Both the position numbers and the translations under genes were made by a program. 64,000 nucleotides of DNA from positions 1 through 64,000 of the IMG/VR virus record IMGVR_UViG_3300030376_006980, one strand, 5' to 3'. This stretch comes from a virus. Its lineage: Duplodnaviria; Caudoviricetes. Below are positions 27,607-36,402 of this stretch, piece by piece. The notes under the pieces are model-generated. The model was not told the origin of the DNA. It did no database searches and saw nothing but the letters and a program-made list of their open reading frames with translations. Within the stretch, counting starts at the first letter, position 1; every line of letters starts with the position of its first letter.

Positions 27607-28078
27607 AGTTATACTTATAGGAAAGGCCGCTGCCGGAAAAGATCATATGAGAAAGGTCTTAGAAGGTAGAGGCTTTAAATATGGTACTTCTTATACTACT
27701 CGGCCTCCTAGAAAAGGTGAAATTGATGGTAGAGATTACTACTTTATATCAGAAGAAGATTTTAAACATTATGCTGAAAATAATTTTTGGTATGAATATG
27801 TTCAATTTAATGGTTGGTATTACGGATCTAGTATAGAACAATTTAAAGAGACTTGTAATTTATTTGTTATGACACCAAAAGGTGTAAGTGCAATCAATCC
27901 AATTGAAAGAAAAAAATGTACTATCATTTATTTAGATATACCTTTAGAAATCAGAAGAAAGAGATTAGAAGAAAGAGGTGATGTAAATGATAAAATTGAA
28001 AGAAGGTTAGCCGCTGATGAAAAAGATTTTGAAGGCTTTACTGATTTTGATATTGTAGTAAACAATCCTAACTTTTAA
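27599..28078 (+). CDS. gmk: Guanylate kinase-like nucleotide kinase
   Basis: GKAAAGKD, SYTTRPPRKGEIDGRDYYF, FNGWYYG; start corrected to 27599. Confidence 0.88.
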   Translation: MNKVILIGKAAAGKDHMRKVLEGRGFKYGTSYTTRPPRKGEIDGRDYYFISEEDFKHYAENNFWYEYVQFNGWYYGSSIEQFKETCNLFVMTPKGVSAINPIERKKCTIIYLDIPLEIRRKRLEERGDVNDKIERRLAADEKDFEGFTDFDIVVNNPNF

Positions 28079-28087
28079 ACATATAAA
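28059..28087 (+). promoter_or_regulatory. Class B promoter (TAAACA-N17-TATAAA)
   Basis: Upstream of dNMP kinase and gp42-like gene. Confidence 0.65.
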
Positions 28088-28096
28088 AATAAACCG

Positions 28097-28708
28097 ATGC
28101 AAAAATTCATTATTATAGAAGGTACCGATAATGTAGGTAAAGATACTCAACAAAATTTAATAATTGAAAGAATGTCTAATCACGTCTTTCATAAATTACA
28201 TTATTCCTCTTTACCGTTTAGAAATGATAAGGATCTACATGCAACTTATTCTAAAAAGATGTATGATGGAATGTTTAAATTAATGATGAAATCTAAAATT
28301 GCAGAGCAACCTGGTGATGAACCTATTAACCTTATATTTAATAGATCTCATTTAGGTGAAACTGTTTATTCTCCTCTTTATAGAGGTTACTCTGGTGATT
28401 ATGTTTTTGATATTGAAAAGAAATATACAAAAGCATTAAGAGAGAATTTATATTTAATTACATTAACAAATAGTCCTCATAACATTCTAAAAAGAGATGA
28501 TGGAAAATCATTCTATGGTAATGAAGAAGAAGTTAAAGCTGAGATTGATGGTTTTAATAGGGCTCATAAATTAAGTACAATTAAAAATAAGCTACATATT
28601 GATGTAGGTAATATGAGTGCATTAGAGGTATCACATCTTATTTTAAGTTTCCTAAAACATGAAAATGCTGTTACTGGAGAACAAGAACAATTAAAACTTT
28701 TTTCATAA
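28097..28708 (+). CDS. Thymidylate-kinase-like dNMP kinase
   Basis: IIIEGTDNVGKDT P-loop, IFNRSHLGETVYSPLYRG. Confidence 0.75.
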   Translation: MQKFIIIEGTDNVGKDTQQNLIIERMSNHVFHKLHYSSLPFRNDKDLHATYSKKMYDGMFKLMMKSKIAEQPGDEPINLIFNRSHLGETVYSPLYRGYSGDYVFDIEKKYTKALRENLYLITLTNSPHNILKRDDGKSFYGNEEEVKAEIDGFNRAHKLSTIKNKLHIDVGNMSALEVSHLILSFLKHENAVTGEQEQLKLFS

Positions 28709-28887
28709 TGGGAACCTGGGAAGATCTGTTTTATGAAATCACTACTGAAGTAGAAGAATTAGGTTTAAGAAAAGAATTTGATGAAAAATTAAAAGAGCTA
28801 CGTAATGATGATAAGTACAAATACCACGAGGTAAGAGATAGATGGCAAGTAGCATTAAAAGAAATAAAAGAAGAAAATAAAAAATGA
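28708..28887 (+). CDS. Small hypothetical protein, 59 aa (MGTWEDLFYEITTEVEE...)
   Basis: Hand-translated; overlaps both neighbours (TAATG, ATGA). Confidence 0.6.
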   Translation: MGTWEDLFYEITTEVEELGLRKEFDEKLKELRNDDKYKYHEVRDRWQVALKEIKEENKK

Positions 28888-29768
28888 GAACATACAGAGG
28901 AGATACATTTGCGGATGTTTATGAATTAGCATTAAGAGATACATTAGAAAGTCCTGAATATACTTCTTCACCAAGAGGTATGGAGATTAAGGAAATATGT
29001 AATGCAGCTTTAATAATAGATGATCCTTATTTTCCACTTTATGAAAATGAAGTAAGGAGTAGTCAATTTAAATATATTGCAGGTGAAACTGTTTGGTATT
29101 TTACAGGCAGGAAGGATATTGAATTTATTGATAAGTTTTCAAAGTTTTGGAAACAATTAGATAACGGTGATGGTACTGTAAATTCTGCTTATGGTAATCT
29201 TATATTTAAAGAACCTCTTTCTGATGGTAGAAATCAATGGCAATGGGCATTAGATTCTTTAATAGAAGATAGAGATTCAAGACAAGCAATTTTACATTTT
29301 AATAAACCATCTCATCAATGGCAAGGTAATAAAGATTTTGTATGTACTCTTAATGGTGTATTTCAAATCAGAGATAACAGATTAAACTTTACAGTTGATA
29401 TGAGATCAAATGATCTTATCTTAGGTACAGCAACTGACATTGCATTTTTCTGTTTATTACAACAACAAATGTTAAAGCATTTACAAGTGTGGTATCCTAA
29501 TCTTAAAATGGGTAACTATACTCATATTGTACATTCACTTCATATTTATGAAAGGCATTTTGATTTAGTTAAAAGAATGTTAGATAAACCTTTTATGCAA
29601 ATGTCTTATCCACCTTTAAAAGAAAATCTTATTACAACTAAAGGTCATCCTACTGATAATATGAATCTTTTAGAAGATAACATATTAGATGATACTCCAA
29701 TTGTAGAAATTTTCAATGATCCACTATTCCGATGGTTATCATCTTATAGTAAGGACTCTGATATATAA
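28884..29768 (+). CDS. Thymidylate-synthase-family enzyme, T4 gp42 dCMP hydroxymethylase-like
   Basis: VNSAYG, DSRQA, DFVCT, MRSNDLILGTATDIAF (Asp at the ThyA N177 position), SLHIYERHF. Confidence 0.8.
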   Translation: MRTYRGDTFADVYELALRDTLESPEYTSSPRGMEIKEICNAALIIDDPYFPLYENEVRSSQFKYIAGETVWYFTGRKDIEFIDKFSKFWKQLDNGDGTVNSAYGNLIFKEPLSDGRNQWQWALDSLIEDRDSRQAILHFNKPSHQWQGNKDFVCTLNGVFQIRDNRLNFTVDMRSNDLILGTATDIAFFCLLQQQMLKHLQVWYPNLKMGNYTHIVHSLHIYERHFDLVKRMLDKPFMQMSYPPLKENLITTKGHPTDNMNLLEDNILDDTPIVEIFNDPLFRWLSSYSKDSDI

Positions 29769-29782
29769 TAAAATAAATCAAA

Positions 29783-31594
29783 GTGTTGAAATATCTAAAA
29801 CTTTTTGAAGAATTCATAACAGAGAAGAAACCTAAGGGAGCTCCTGACTTCCACCATTCTGATGCACCTGATGCTGAAGGTCGCTTTAGAGATTTAAGTC
29901 CTAAGAAATTAGCCGCATGGTTAATTAAAACCAGAAAGAAAGACTTAAAAAGAATTAGCGGTTCTTTAACTCAACAAGTAGTATTTAATAGAAAGAGTGA
30001 TCCTAAATATGCTGATAAGATGGAAAAGACCAGAATTGAAGTATATAAGCAATTAGGTAGAGATGATTTATTAAATAAAGATGAATCAGTACAATTTGTA
30101 AATGAAGGAATTGACTTCCAGGCTATTTTACTAAAAGATGCAATGTTAAAGTATAACATTCAACCAACTGGTGGAATTCCACGTACATTACAGTTTGCTG
30201 GTAAAGGTTATATGAAAGCTCCTAAAGGTACATTCTTAATTGGTTTACCTGGTGGTCTATTTGCCGTTAATCTGAAAAAGAAATTTGCTGTTCAACTCAC
30301 AAGCGGAAGTAGAGCTTACTTAGATGCTCAAGATAAGTTAAAAGATAATGAGGTTGGAGGAACTAATATGGCTCCTGAATATAGAGAATGGAAAAAGTAC
30401 CTAAATGAATCAGTAGTTACTGAAGGTAAACTAAAAATATCTGGACCTGCTTACGATCTTTGGGATGAGAAAGAAGTCCAAAGAAAATTAAGAGGCGTTA
30501 AGATAAAGATAGTTGGAGATATTGGAGGTGTTGCAACAATTAAAGGTGACGATAAAGAACTACAAAAAGTTAAAGACATATTAGGTTTAAATGAAGCAGC
30601 TGAACATGAAGATTATTTAAACAAAGTTAATTTTTTACTAGCAGGAGAAAAATTAGAAGGTCTTACTGGAAAAAATAATAAAAGAATTTATGGTGAAATA
30701 AACGATGTTTGTTTAGAAAAGCTATATAATTCATTTTATGCAAAAGGTGATTATGGAAAAGTATTAGAAGTTAATTCTGATTTACCTCTTATTTATTATG
30801 GTGGAAATTCTAAAGAAGGATTAGATTTTATAAAGAGATATAACATATCTGAAAATGTTATGTATAATTCACCAAAGGCAATGAAGGTGAGCGGTAATAA
30901 AAGTAAGTTTTATAAAATGTTTGAGGATACTGATTTTATTCCAAAGGCTGTTTATAAAAAAGAAGATGCAAAAGATTTACAATTTCCTGTAATTGCAAAA
31001 CCTGATGATGGTCATTCAGGTTTAGGTATTGAGATATTTGATACTTATGAAGACTTAGAAAAAAGTAAAGGTAAATTTGAAAATTATTCAGAGGCAAAGG
31101 ATTTAGATAAAGAATTCAGAGTTTTGTTAATGAATGAAGAACCTGTGTTAGTTCATGAAAGAGTTTCTTTAAATGAAAATGAAATTAAAGATAAAGATGC
31201 AGATGAGCAAACTGAATTTACCTATGTAGATCAAGATATGAATAAATTAGATTTTATGAATGAAGTAAATAACATTTGTAAAACTATTAGAGAAAAATTA
31301 AAACTTGGTCTTTGGTCAATCGACTTAATGATTGATAAGAGTGGTAATTGTTGGGTTGCAGAAATTAACTCAGCATCAGGAATGGCCGCTGATAAGATGG
31401 CAAGAGTTTATGTCAAAGTATATGAAGATTTTTATGGTAAGGAATTACCACAAGAATTTAAAACCTATTTAAATGAAGAATACATACAACCTATTTACAA
31501 AATTAATTTGAAGGAAAATGCAGCTCAAATTAAAAAATCTAAATGCTGCGTTAACTATCAAAATATCATTGATGGTAAAGAATTTATTCTCTAA
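29783..31594 (+). CDS. Multi-domain internal head protein: CTS-like N-terminus, small domains, C-terminal RimK-like ATP-grasp
   Basis: MLKYLKLFEEFITE; internal VNE/VTE/LNE sites; VIAKPDDGHSGLGI, EFRVL, WSIDLMID, VAEINSASG. Confidence 0.7.
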   Translation: MLKYLKLFEEFITEKKPKGAPDFHHSDAPDAEGRFRDLSPKKLAAWLIKTRKKDLKRISGSLTQQVVFNRKSDPKYADKMEKTRIEVYKQLGRDDLLNKDESVQFVNEGIDFQAILLKDAMLKYNIQPTGGIPRTLQFAGKGYMKAPKGTFLIGLPGGLFAVNLKKKFAVQLTSGSRAYLDAQDKLKDNEVGGTNMAPEYREWKKYLNESVVTEGKLKISGPAYDLWDEKEVQRKLRGVKIKIVGDIGGVATIKGDDKELQKVKDILGLNEAAEHEDYLNKVNFLLAGEKLEGLTGKNNKRIYGEINDVCLEKLYNSFYAKGDYGKVLEVNSDLPLIYYGGNSKEGLDFIKRYNISENVMYNSPKAMKVSGNKSKFYKMFEDTDFIPKAVYKKEDAKDLQFPVIAKPDDGHSGLGIEIFDTYEDLEKSKGKFENYSEAKDLDKEFRVLLMNEEPVLVHERVSLNENEIKDKDADEQTEFTYVDQDMNKLDFMNEVNNICKTIREKLKLGLWSIDLMIDKSGNCWVAEINSASGMAADKMARVYVKVYEDFYGKELPQEFKTYLNEEYIQPIYKINLKENAAQIKKSKCCVNYQNIIDGKEFIL

Positions 31595-31616
31595 GAGAAA
31601 AAAGTTCTTAAAACCT

Positions 31617-31645
31617 TTTCAGTTCCCAACAAAATTGTTTATATT
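31617..31645 (+). promoter_or_regulatory. Class A promoter (TTTCAG-N17-TATATT)
   Basis: Upstream of the phosphoesterase-sigma operon. Confidence 0.7.
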
Positions 31646-31686
31646 TAATCTGTATATTATGAAACAATATACTGTAAATCAATTAT

Positions 31687-32214
31687 ATGAATAAAGAAAT
31701 ACCTAAAGATTTTTATATTACTTCTGATACATGGTTCGGTAGACCACAAATACTTCAGATAGCCAACAGAAAATTTCAAAATGTAGAAGAGATGAATTCT
31801 ACTTTAATTAAGAATTGGAATAAAAAGGTAAAAAAGAATGATGTAGTATTTCATTTAGGAAATTTTGCATGGGATCCTACTACTGCTCGTAAAGTATTGA
31901 AAAAACTTAATGGAAGAATTTATTTTTTAGAAGGTAATTCGGATAAAGCATTAAAGGAAGTAATTCATGAATTTCCTAAAGCTGAGTTTTTAAAAGATGC
32001 AATAATGGATCTTATAGATTTTGATACTGTTATTTGTCATTATCCTTTATCCGTTTGGAATGGTAAAGATTCAGGCACTCTTCATATGCATGGCCATACA
32101 GTATTCTCTCATAAAACAGATCTCAGTACTGAAAATAGATTTAATGTTTGTACTGATTTTTGGGGATATGCACCTATAAATTATTTAACTTTAAAAGACT
32201 TCATAAATGGCTAA
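31687..32214 (+). CDS. Calcineurin-like metallophosphoesterase fold with degenerate active site
   Basis: SDTWFG, HLGNF, GNSD, CHYP, HGHTV versus canonical SDTHFG, HLGDF, GNHD, HGHxH. Confidence 0.8.
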   Translation: MNKEIPKDFYITSDTWFGRPQILQIANRKFQNVEEMNSTLIKNWNKKVKKNDVVFHLGNFAWDPTTARKVLKKLNGRIYFLEGNSDKALKEVIHEFPKAEFLKDAIMDLIDFDTVICHYPLSVWNGKDSGTLHMHGHTVFSHKTDLSTENRFNVCTDFWGYAPINYLTLKDFING

Positions 32215-32845
32215 AAGAACAAAGAAAACGTATAAAGAACTTGCATTAGAATTTAAAAAGACAAGGAGTGAAAAAGTATACAATGAACTGTATGCAAAAA
32301 TGAGACCAGGATTATGGTCATATGTAAATAATATTGTAAAAGATCCACATGTTGCTGATGATATAGTTTCAACAACTTTAACAACTGTGTATTTAAAAAT
32401 TGATCAATACAACGAAGATTATCAAATTACCACATGGGCATATCGTATCGCTTATAATGAATGCATAGGTTGGATAAGATATAGAAATAGAAAGGTAAGT
32501 ATGAATGCATTTACTGATAAAGGAATAGATCCTCCAACATTTATGTTACCTAATATTGAGGTTGATAATTCAATGCCACCAACTGAAGCAGATCACTGGG
32601 AAGCAGAGCATCTTTTAACTGAAAAAGTAAGATTAACTACTGAAGCAATTAAAGCATTGCCTCCAATGTATAAGAGATTTATGGAAGAAAGGTTTCTAAA
32701 TAAAAAGTCATATAATGAAATTTTAGACCTAATGAAAAGTCACGAAAAAGGCATTAACTTGCAAACTGTGAAAAACCGCATATTTCGTGGAAGAAAAATA
32801 GTCAGAAAACAACTAGAAAGTATGAAAGTCTTTTCGGAGGCATAG
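32207..32845 (+). CDS. RNA polymerase sigma factor (sigma70 family, ECF-like regions 2 and 4)
   Basis: ADDIVS..L..VY..I..Y...YQITTWAYRIAYN; AIKALPP...SYNEI...TVKNRIFRGRK. Confidence 0.85.
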   Translation: MAKRTKKTYKELALEFKKTRSEKVYNELYAKMRPGLWSYVNNIVKDPHVADDIVSTTLTTVYLKIDQYNEDYQITTWAYRIAYNECIGWIRYRNRKVSMNAFTDKGIDPPTFMLPNIEVDNSMPPTEADHWEAEHLLTEKVRLTTEAIKALPPMYKRFMEERFLNKKSYNEILDLMKSHEKGINLQTVKNRIFRGRKIVRKQLESMKVFSEA

Positions 32846-32868
32846 ATACATAAAAAACAGATAATACT

Positions 32869-33321
32869 ATGTACATCTTTGATTTATATAATGAAATAAA
32901 AATTTGGCTTAAGATTAGATCTATCGCCAAAAAAGCAGAAAAGCAATTAATCGAAAAAGGGTTTAGGGTTGACTGGGTAGGAAGAATCTATACAGTTATC
33001 AATTTACCAGAAGAAGTTGTATCAGCTCCGATATCCCAAGAAGGTTATGTGTTAATGCAATTAAGGAAACATGATAAATTTTTACTAGAGTTAGGAATTG
33101 CAGATTATGTTTCACCAGAATTTAATCCTATTCCTGATACGGATTCATTTCTTTTAGTGTTATCTCCTGATAGAGAATTTCTAAAACTATGGCCATTCGC
33201 AAAATCAGCTATTAAGACTTTAGGACTAATCCTTATATTAAGATTAGCTTATGTAGCTTTTGAATTTCATGGTGGAAAAATATCTGAGTTATGGAACAAG
33301 ATAATCAACATAATATTTTAA
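32869..33321 (+). CDS. Hypothetical protein with C-terminal TM helix
   Basis: 150-aa ORF; late-type motif TAGATACATAA upstream. Confidence 0.55.
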   Translation: MYIFDLYNEIKIWLKIRSIAKKAEKQLIEKGFRVDWVGRIYTVINLPEEVVSAPISQEGYVLMQLRKHDKFLLELGIADYVSPEFNPIPDTDSFLLVLSPDREFLKLWPFAKSAIKTLGLILILRLAYVAFEFHGGKISELWNKIINIIF

Positions 33322-33521
33322 ATAACATAAATCACATTGAAAATAAATTAAAAGAATTAGAAAAAGAAAAACAAATCATTCAAGATAATTGTAAACATAA
33401 AGAGTGGACAATTAATTTTGATGAACAAAGATCAATTAAAAGGTATTGCTCAGAATGCAAGAGGGAGTTAGGTTATGCGACAAAAGAAGAAGAGCAAAAC
33501 TTTTTAAAGCCGAAAGGCTAA
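33291..33521 (+). CDS. Small coiled-coil/zinc-binding hypothetical protein
   Basis: CxH...CxxC. Confidence 0.5.
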   Translation: MEQDNQHNILNNINHIENKLKELEKEKQIIQDNCKHKEWTINFDEQRSIKRYCSECKRELGYATKEEEQNFLKPKG

Positions 33522-33568
33522 CAAAATACATAGGAAAAGGTTTTCTATGTTAGGGGAAATAGTTCCCC
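33508..33568 (+). other. Three tandem RNA hairpins upstream of the OMP gene
   Basis: AGCC-GAAA-GGCT; CATAGGAAA-AGG-TTTTCTATG; GGGGAA-ATAG-TTCCCC. Confidence 0.55.
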
Positions 33569-33604
33569 GCTTAATTAAATTAATAACAAAAAAAAATTTT
33601 AAAA

Positions 33605-34030
33605 ATGAAAAAATTAATTTTAAGTTTGATGTTAGTAGTTGGAATTACACTTTCAACTTCTGCGCAAAATGCAAAAGGAGATTGGTACGTAGGTACAGGT
33701 GACATCGCTGATGTTGCATGGACTGAGTGGTCAGTTTCGCCAACTTTAGGTTACGGAGTTTCCGATAAGTTTATGGTTGGTTTATCTTTGGCACAAGCTG
33801 ATTCGTCTGAGGACTTATCAATGGATTTACATGCTAGATACTTTGTAAATGCAGGTGGACAAGACTTTTTCTTGTATGCTGCAATGGGCGACATGGAAAC
33901 TGATAACCTTTCATTAGGTTTAGGTAAAATGTTTACTATACACAAAAGTGTTTTTGTAGAGCCAAAGGTTGTTTATCACACGGGTGAAAAAACAACAAAC
34001 ATGATGTTAGGTTTCGGATTGAAATTTTAA
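33605..34030 (+). CDS. Secreted outer-membrane beta-barrel protein (Bacteroidota type)
   Basis: Signal peptide ...TSAQ, alternating beta strands, C-terminal GFGLKF BAM signal. Confidence 0.8.
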   Translation: MKKLILSLMLVVGITLSTSAQNAKGDWYVGTGDIADVAWTEWSVSPTLGYGVSDKFMVGLSLAQADSSEDLSMDLHARYFVNAGGQDFFLYAAMGDMETDNLSLGLGKMFTIHKSVFVEPKVVYHTGEKTTNMMLGFGLKF

Positions 34031-34051
34031 TAACATAAAAACCAAAAGTAT

Positions 34052-34083
34052 AAGGAGACCAGGTCATTAGATCTGGTTTCCTT
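34052..34083 (+). terminator. 14-bp hairpin between the OMP and small membrane gene (terminator or processing site)
   Basis: AAGGAGACCAGGTC-ATTA-GATCTGGTTTCCTT with two G:U pairs; weak U tract. Confidence 0.55.
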
Positions 34084-34105
34084 TAATTTAAAAAAAATCA
34101 AAATT

Positions 34106-34330
34106 ATGAAAGATATATTTTCAAAAATAGGTGACTTCTTAGGAGGTCTTACAACAATTTTGTTATCATTCGTTTCTTTAAGTATCTTAGCTGAAGTTAT
34201 TTTCGGTTTAGGTATCTTCGGAACTTCTGTAGTAACAAATGTTATGGAGATTGTTAAAGTATTAGGTGACGGTGGTTTCATCGGCTTAGTTGCTTTATTA
34301 ATCCTTTGGTCAGTATTTGATAAAAAATAA
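34106..34330 (+). CDS. Small inner-membrane protein (2-3 TM)
   Basis: Hydrophobic, Gly-rich 74-aa ORF. Confidence 0.65.
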   Translation: MKDIFSKIGDFLGGLTTILLSFVSLSILAEVIFGLGIFGTSVVTNVMEIVKVLGDGGFIGLVALLILWSVFDKK

Positions 34331-34350
34331 TACTTAAACTAATTCATATT

Positions 34351-34382
34351 AAACCAGTAGCAGAAATGTTACTGGTTTTTTT
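34351..34382 (+). terminator. Rho-independent terminator
   Basis: AAACCAGTAGCA-GAAA-TGTTACTGGTTT plus T tract. Confidence 0.88.
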
Positions 34383-34386
34383 GTCT

Positions 34387-34414
34387 TAAACTTTCTTAAT
34401 TATTTCCATATAAA
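34387..34414 (+). promoter_or_regulatory. Class B promoter (TAAACT-N16-TATAAA)
   Basis: Directly after the terminator. Confidence 0.65.
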
Positions 34415-34429
34415 AATAAACAATCTTTA

Positions 34430-34573
34430 ATGAGTAATTTAGAACAACAAAACGGTAATCCTCATACCAATGAAACTAGGAATCAATTTAATAGAAAAGT
34501 TGATAGATTAGAATATATGGGTAAAACTAAAAAGAATCAGTGGGATGGGAAAAGAAGAAACAGGTCAATATAA
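34430..34573 (+). CDS. Small basic protein, 47 aa (MSNLEQQNGNPH...KRRNRSI)
   Basis: Hand-translated; first ORF after the promoter. Confidence 0.5.
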   Translation: MSNLEQQNGNPHTNETRNQFNRKVDRLEYMGKTKKNQWDGKRRNRSI

Positions 34574-34583
34574 AATAAACACA

Positions 34584-34811
34584 ATGAAAAGAATAGAAAA
34601 AGTAATGAATTTTTGGGGTATCTATTATCCTATCATTTTAGCATTTATATCTTTCTTATTTTCAGTATCCCTCTGGTTTACAGGAAATCAGTTAGAAGGA
34701 ATCTTTGTAGGTATTTGGGTACCTTCAATATTATCTGCATCTGTAGCAATCAGACAGAGAAGAAGTATAGTATTTAAACCAACCACTAAAAAGAAGAAAC
34801 GTGCAAAGTAG
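34584..34811 (+). CDS. Small 2-TM membrane protein with basic tail
   Basis: GIFVGIWVPSILS; start corrected to 34584. Confidence 0.6.
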   Translation: MKRIEKVMNFWGIYYPIILAFISFLFSVSLWFTGNQLEGIFVGIWVPSILSASVAIRQRRSIVFKPTTKKKKRAK

Positions 34812-35043
34812 TATATTCCTCGCAGCAAAACCTTTGACAGTCGGTATGTTTGTCGTAGGTTTGATTATCTTTATACTTTACATGGTAGGTTACTTATACA
34901 TGGTAACAACTGCTCATAAACAACAAAGGAGAGAATTAGAAGGCGATCCTGAATATAGAAAATACCAAGATCGTCTTAAAGAAAACTCTGATAGCGTTGA
35001 TTATGATGGTGGAGGTAATTGGGGTAGATTTGATAATAAGTAA
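34801..35043 (+). CDS. Small single-TM membrane protein
   Basis: Hydrophobic N-terminus; DYDGGGNWGRF tail. Confidence 0.55.
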   Translation: MQSSIFLAAKPLTVGMFVVGLIIFILYMVGYLYMVTTAHKQQRRELEGDPEYRKYQDRLKENSDSVDYDGGGNWGRFDNK

Positions 35044-35046
35044 TAA

Positions 35047-35784
35047 ATGGCTACAAAAGAATCATTAGCAACAACCGAAACAATAAACGGAAAGAGGTAC
35101 TATAATATTGGAGAAGGTATAAAGTATCCATCAGTTACAACTATCTTAGGAGCAATGACTGATAAATCAGGAATTGATAAATGGAGAAAAAGAGTAGGTG
35201 AAGAAAAGGCAGATGCTATATCAAAGTTTTCAGCTAATAGAGGAACTGTTATGCATCAGCTTTGTGAATACTTTTTAGGTTCTGATAAAGAAACTCAAAG
35301 AGATAGATTAATGGATGCTCAAATAAAGATAGGTCCTTTTGTAGAAGAAAATGGTTTTACAGAAGAAGAAACTACTGTAGGTAGAAAACTTTTCTTTAAT
35401 TTTTACAATTCTAAATGTTTTGATCGTATTAACAATGTAGTGTCCATAGAAGATACCCTTTTCTCACCTCTAATGGGAGGGTATGCTGGTAGGGTAGATA
35501 TTATATATGAAAATGAAAAAGGGCATCTAGTGATCTTAGATTTTAAATCATCTAAAAAACCTAAAAAGGAAGATTGGATAGAAAATTATAAAATGCAAAT
35601 TGCTGCATATTCATTAGCTTATTGGGAAATGAATAAAAGAAAACCTAAAGGTGGTGAAATATGGATAAGTAATGAAGCTGATGGTTTTCCACAAGTATTT
35701 GAAATGACCTTTGATGATATTACTAAATATGGAAAAATGTTTTTAAACCTAGTAAAGGAATTTCATAATAAGTATCCTCTTTGA
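35047..35784 (+). CDS. PD-(D/E)XK (Cas4/RecB-like) exonuclease of T4-like phages
   Basis: YPSVTTIL, RGTVMH, YAGRVD, ILDFKSS, QIAAY. Confidence 0.85.
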   Translation: MATKESLATTETINGKRYYNIGEGIKYPSVTTILGAMTDKSGIDKWRKRVGEEKADAISKFSANRGTVMHQLCEYFLGSDKETQRDRLMDAQIKIGPFVEENGFTEEETTVGRKLFFNFYNSKCFDRINNVVSIEDTLFSPLMGGYAGRVDIIYENEKGHLVILDFKSSKKPKKEDWIENYKMQIAAYSLAYWEMNKRKPKGGEIWISNEADGFPQVFEMTFDDITKYGKMFLNLVKEFHNKYPL

Positions 35785-35811
35785 TTGAATATATAAAAAA
35801 AATCAAATTCA

Positions 35812-36108
35812 ATGTTTATTAAAAACTACAGTGAATTCCTTTTAGAAGTTAGAGATAAAAAACCTAAAGTAGCAGGAGAAAAGACTGAAAAAGATCATAA
35901 GGATGGAAATCACAAAGGAGTTGACAAAGAATTAGAGAAAAAAGTAAACGATGAACTGGAAGCCGTTGAAGAAGAATGTGTCCGATGCGGAGAGCATATC
36001 GAGTCTTGTAAATGTGAGGAGGAGGACCCATGGTCAACTCAAAATTATCACAGAGTTCCAAAAGGAAAAGAACAGACAGCAAAACCAAAACAAGAATTTA
36101 AAAAGTAA
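35812..36108 (+). CDS. Small charged internal head protein candidate (CTS-like)
   Basis: MFIKNYSEFLLE; CxxC...CxC; late motif TTGAATATATAA upstream. Confidence 0.55.
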   Translation: MFIKNYSEFLLEVRDKKPKVAGEKTEKDHKDGNHKGVDKELEKKVNDELEAVEEECVRCGEHIESCKCEEEDPWSTQNYHRVPKGKEQTAKPKQEFKK

Positions 36109-36112
36109 TAAA

Positions 36113-36400
36113 ATGAATAAATTTGACCAATTTTTTGCAAAACATGGAATTAAAATAATAATAGTATTATTGTTATTAACTTATTTTAAATCATGTAGTG
36201 TTGATTCTGAAGTAGAAAGAATCAAAAAAGAACAAAGAACATTAACTAATGAGATTGATACATTATCTTCTCAAATAGTAAATGAGGAGGAAATGATTTT
36301 CTTAATTAAAACAGTTCCTGCTTGGAAAACTCTAAGAATTGAAGAAATTTCTGATAAAGAAAGAATTTCTATTAATGCCTTAGAAGAAAAAGAAGATTAA
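36113..36400 (+). CDS. Single-TM coiled-coil protein (i-spanin-like topology)
   Basis: N-terminal TM then coiled coil; real start 36113. Confidence 0.45.
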   Translation: MNKFDQFFAKHGIKIIIVLLLLTYFKSCSVDSEVERIKKEQRTLTNEIDTLSSQIVNEEEMIFLIKTVPAWKTLRIEEISDKERISINALEEKED

Positions 36401-36402
36401 AT

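Noticed and set aside
10438-29768. Introns or inteins in terminase, topoisomerase or the TS-like gene
   Set aside because: All are contiguous and of expected length; topoisomerase gp39/60 is fused with no gene-60-type bypass gap.
28884-29768. Annotation as ordinary thymidylate synthase (thyA)
   Set aside because: Lacks PCH and the dUMP-specifying Asn; motifs fit the T4 gp42 type, so no thyA symbol was given.
35951-36112. 54-codon N-terminal extension of ORF 35951..36400
   Set aside because: Overlaps 35812..36108 in another frame; ATG 36113 after an A-rich leader gives a clean TM-first protein.
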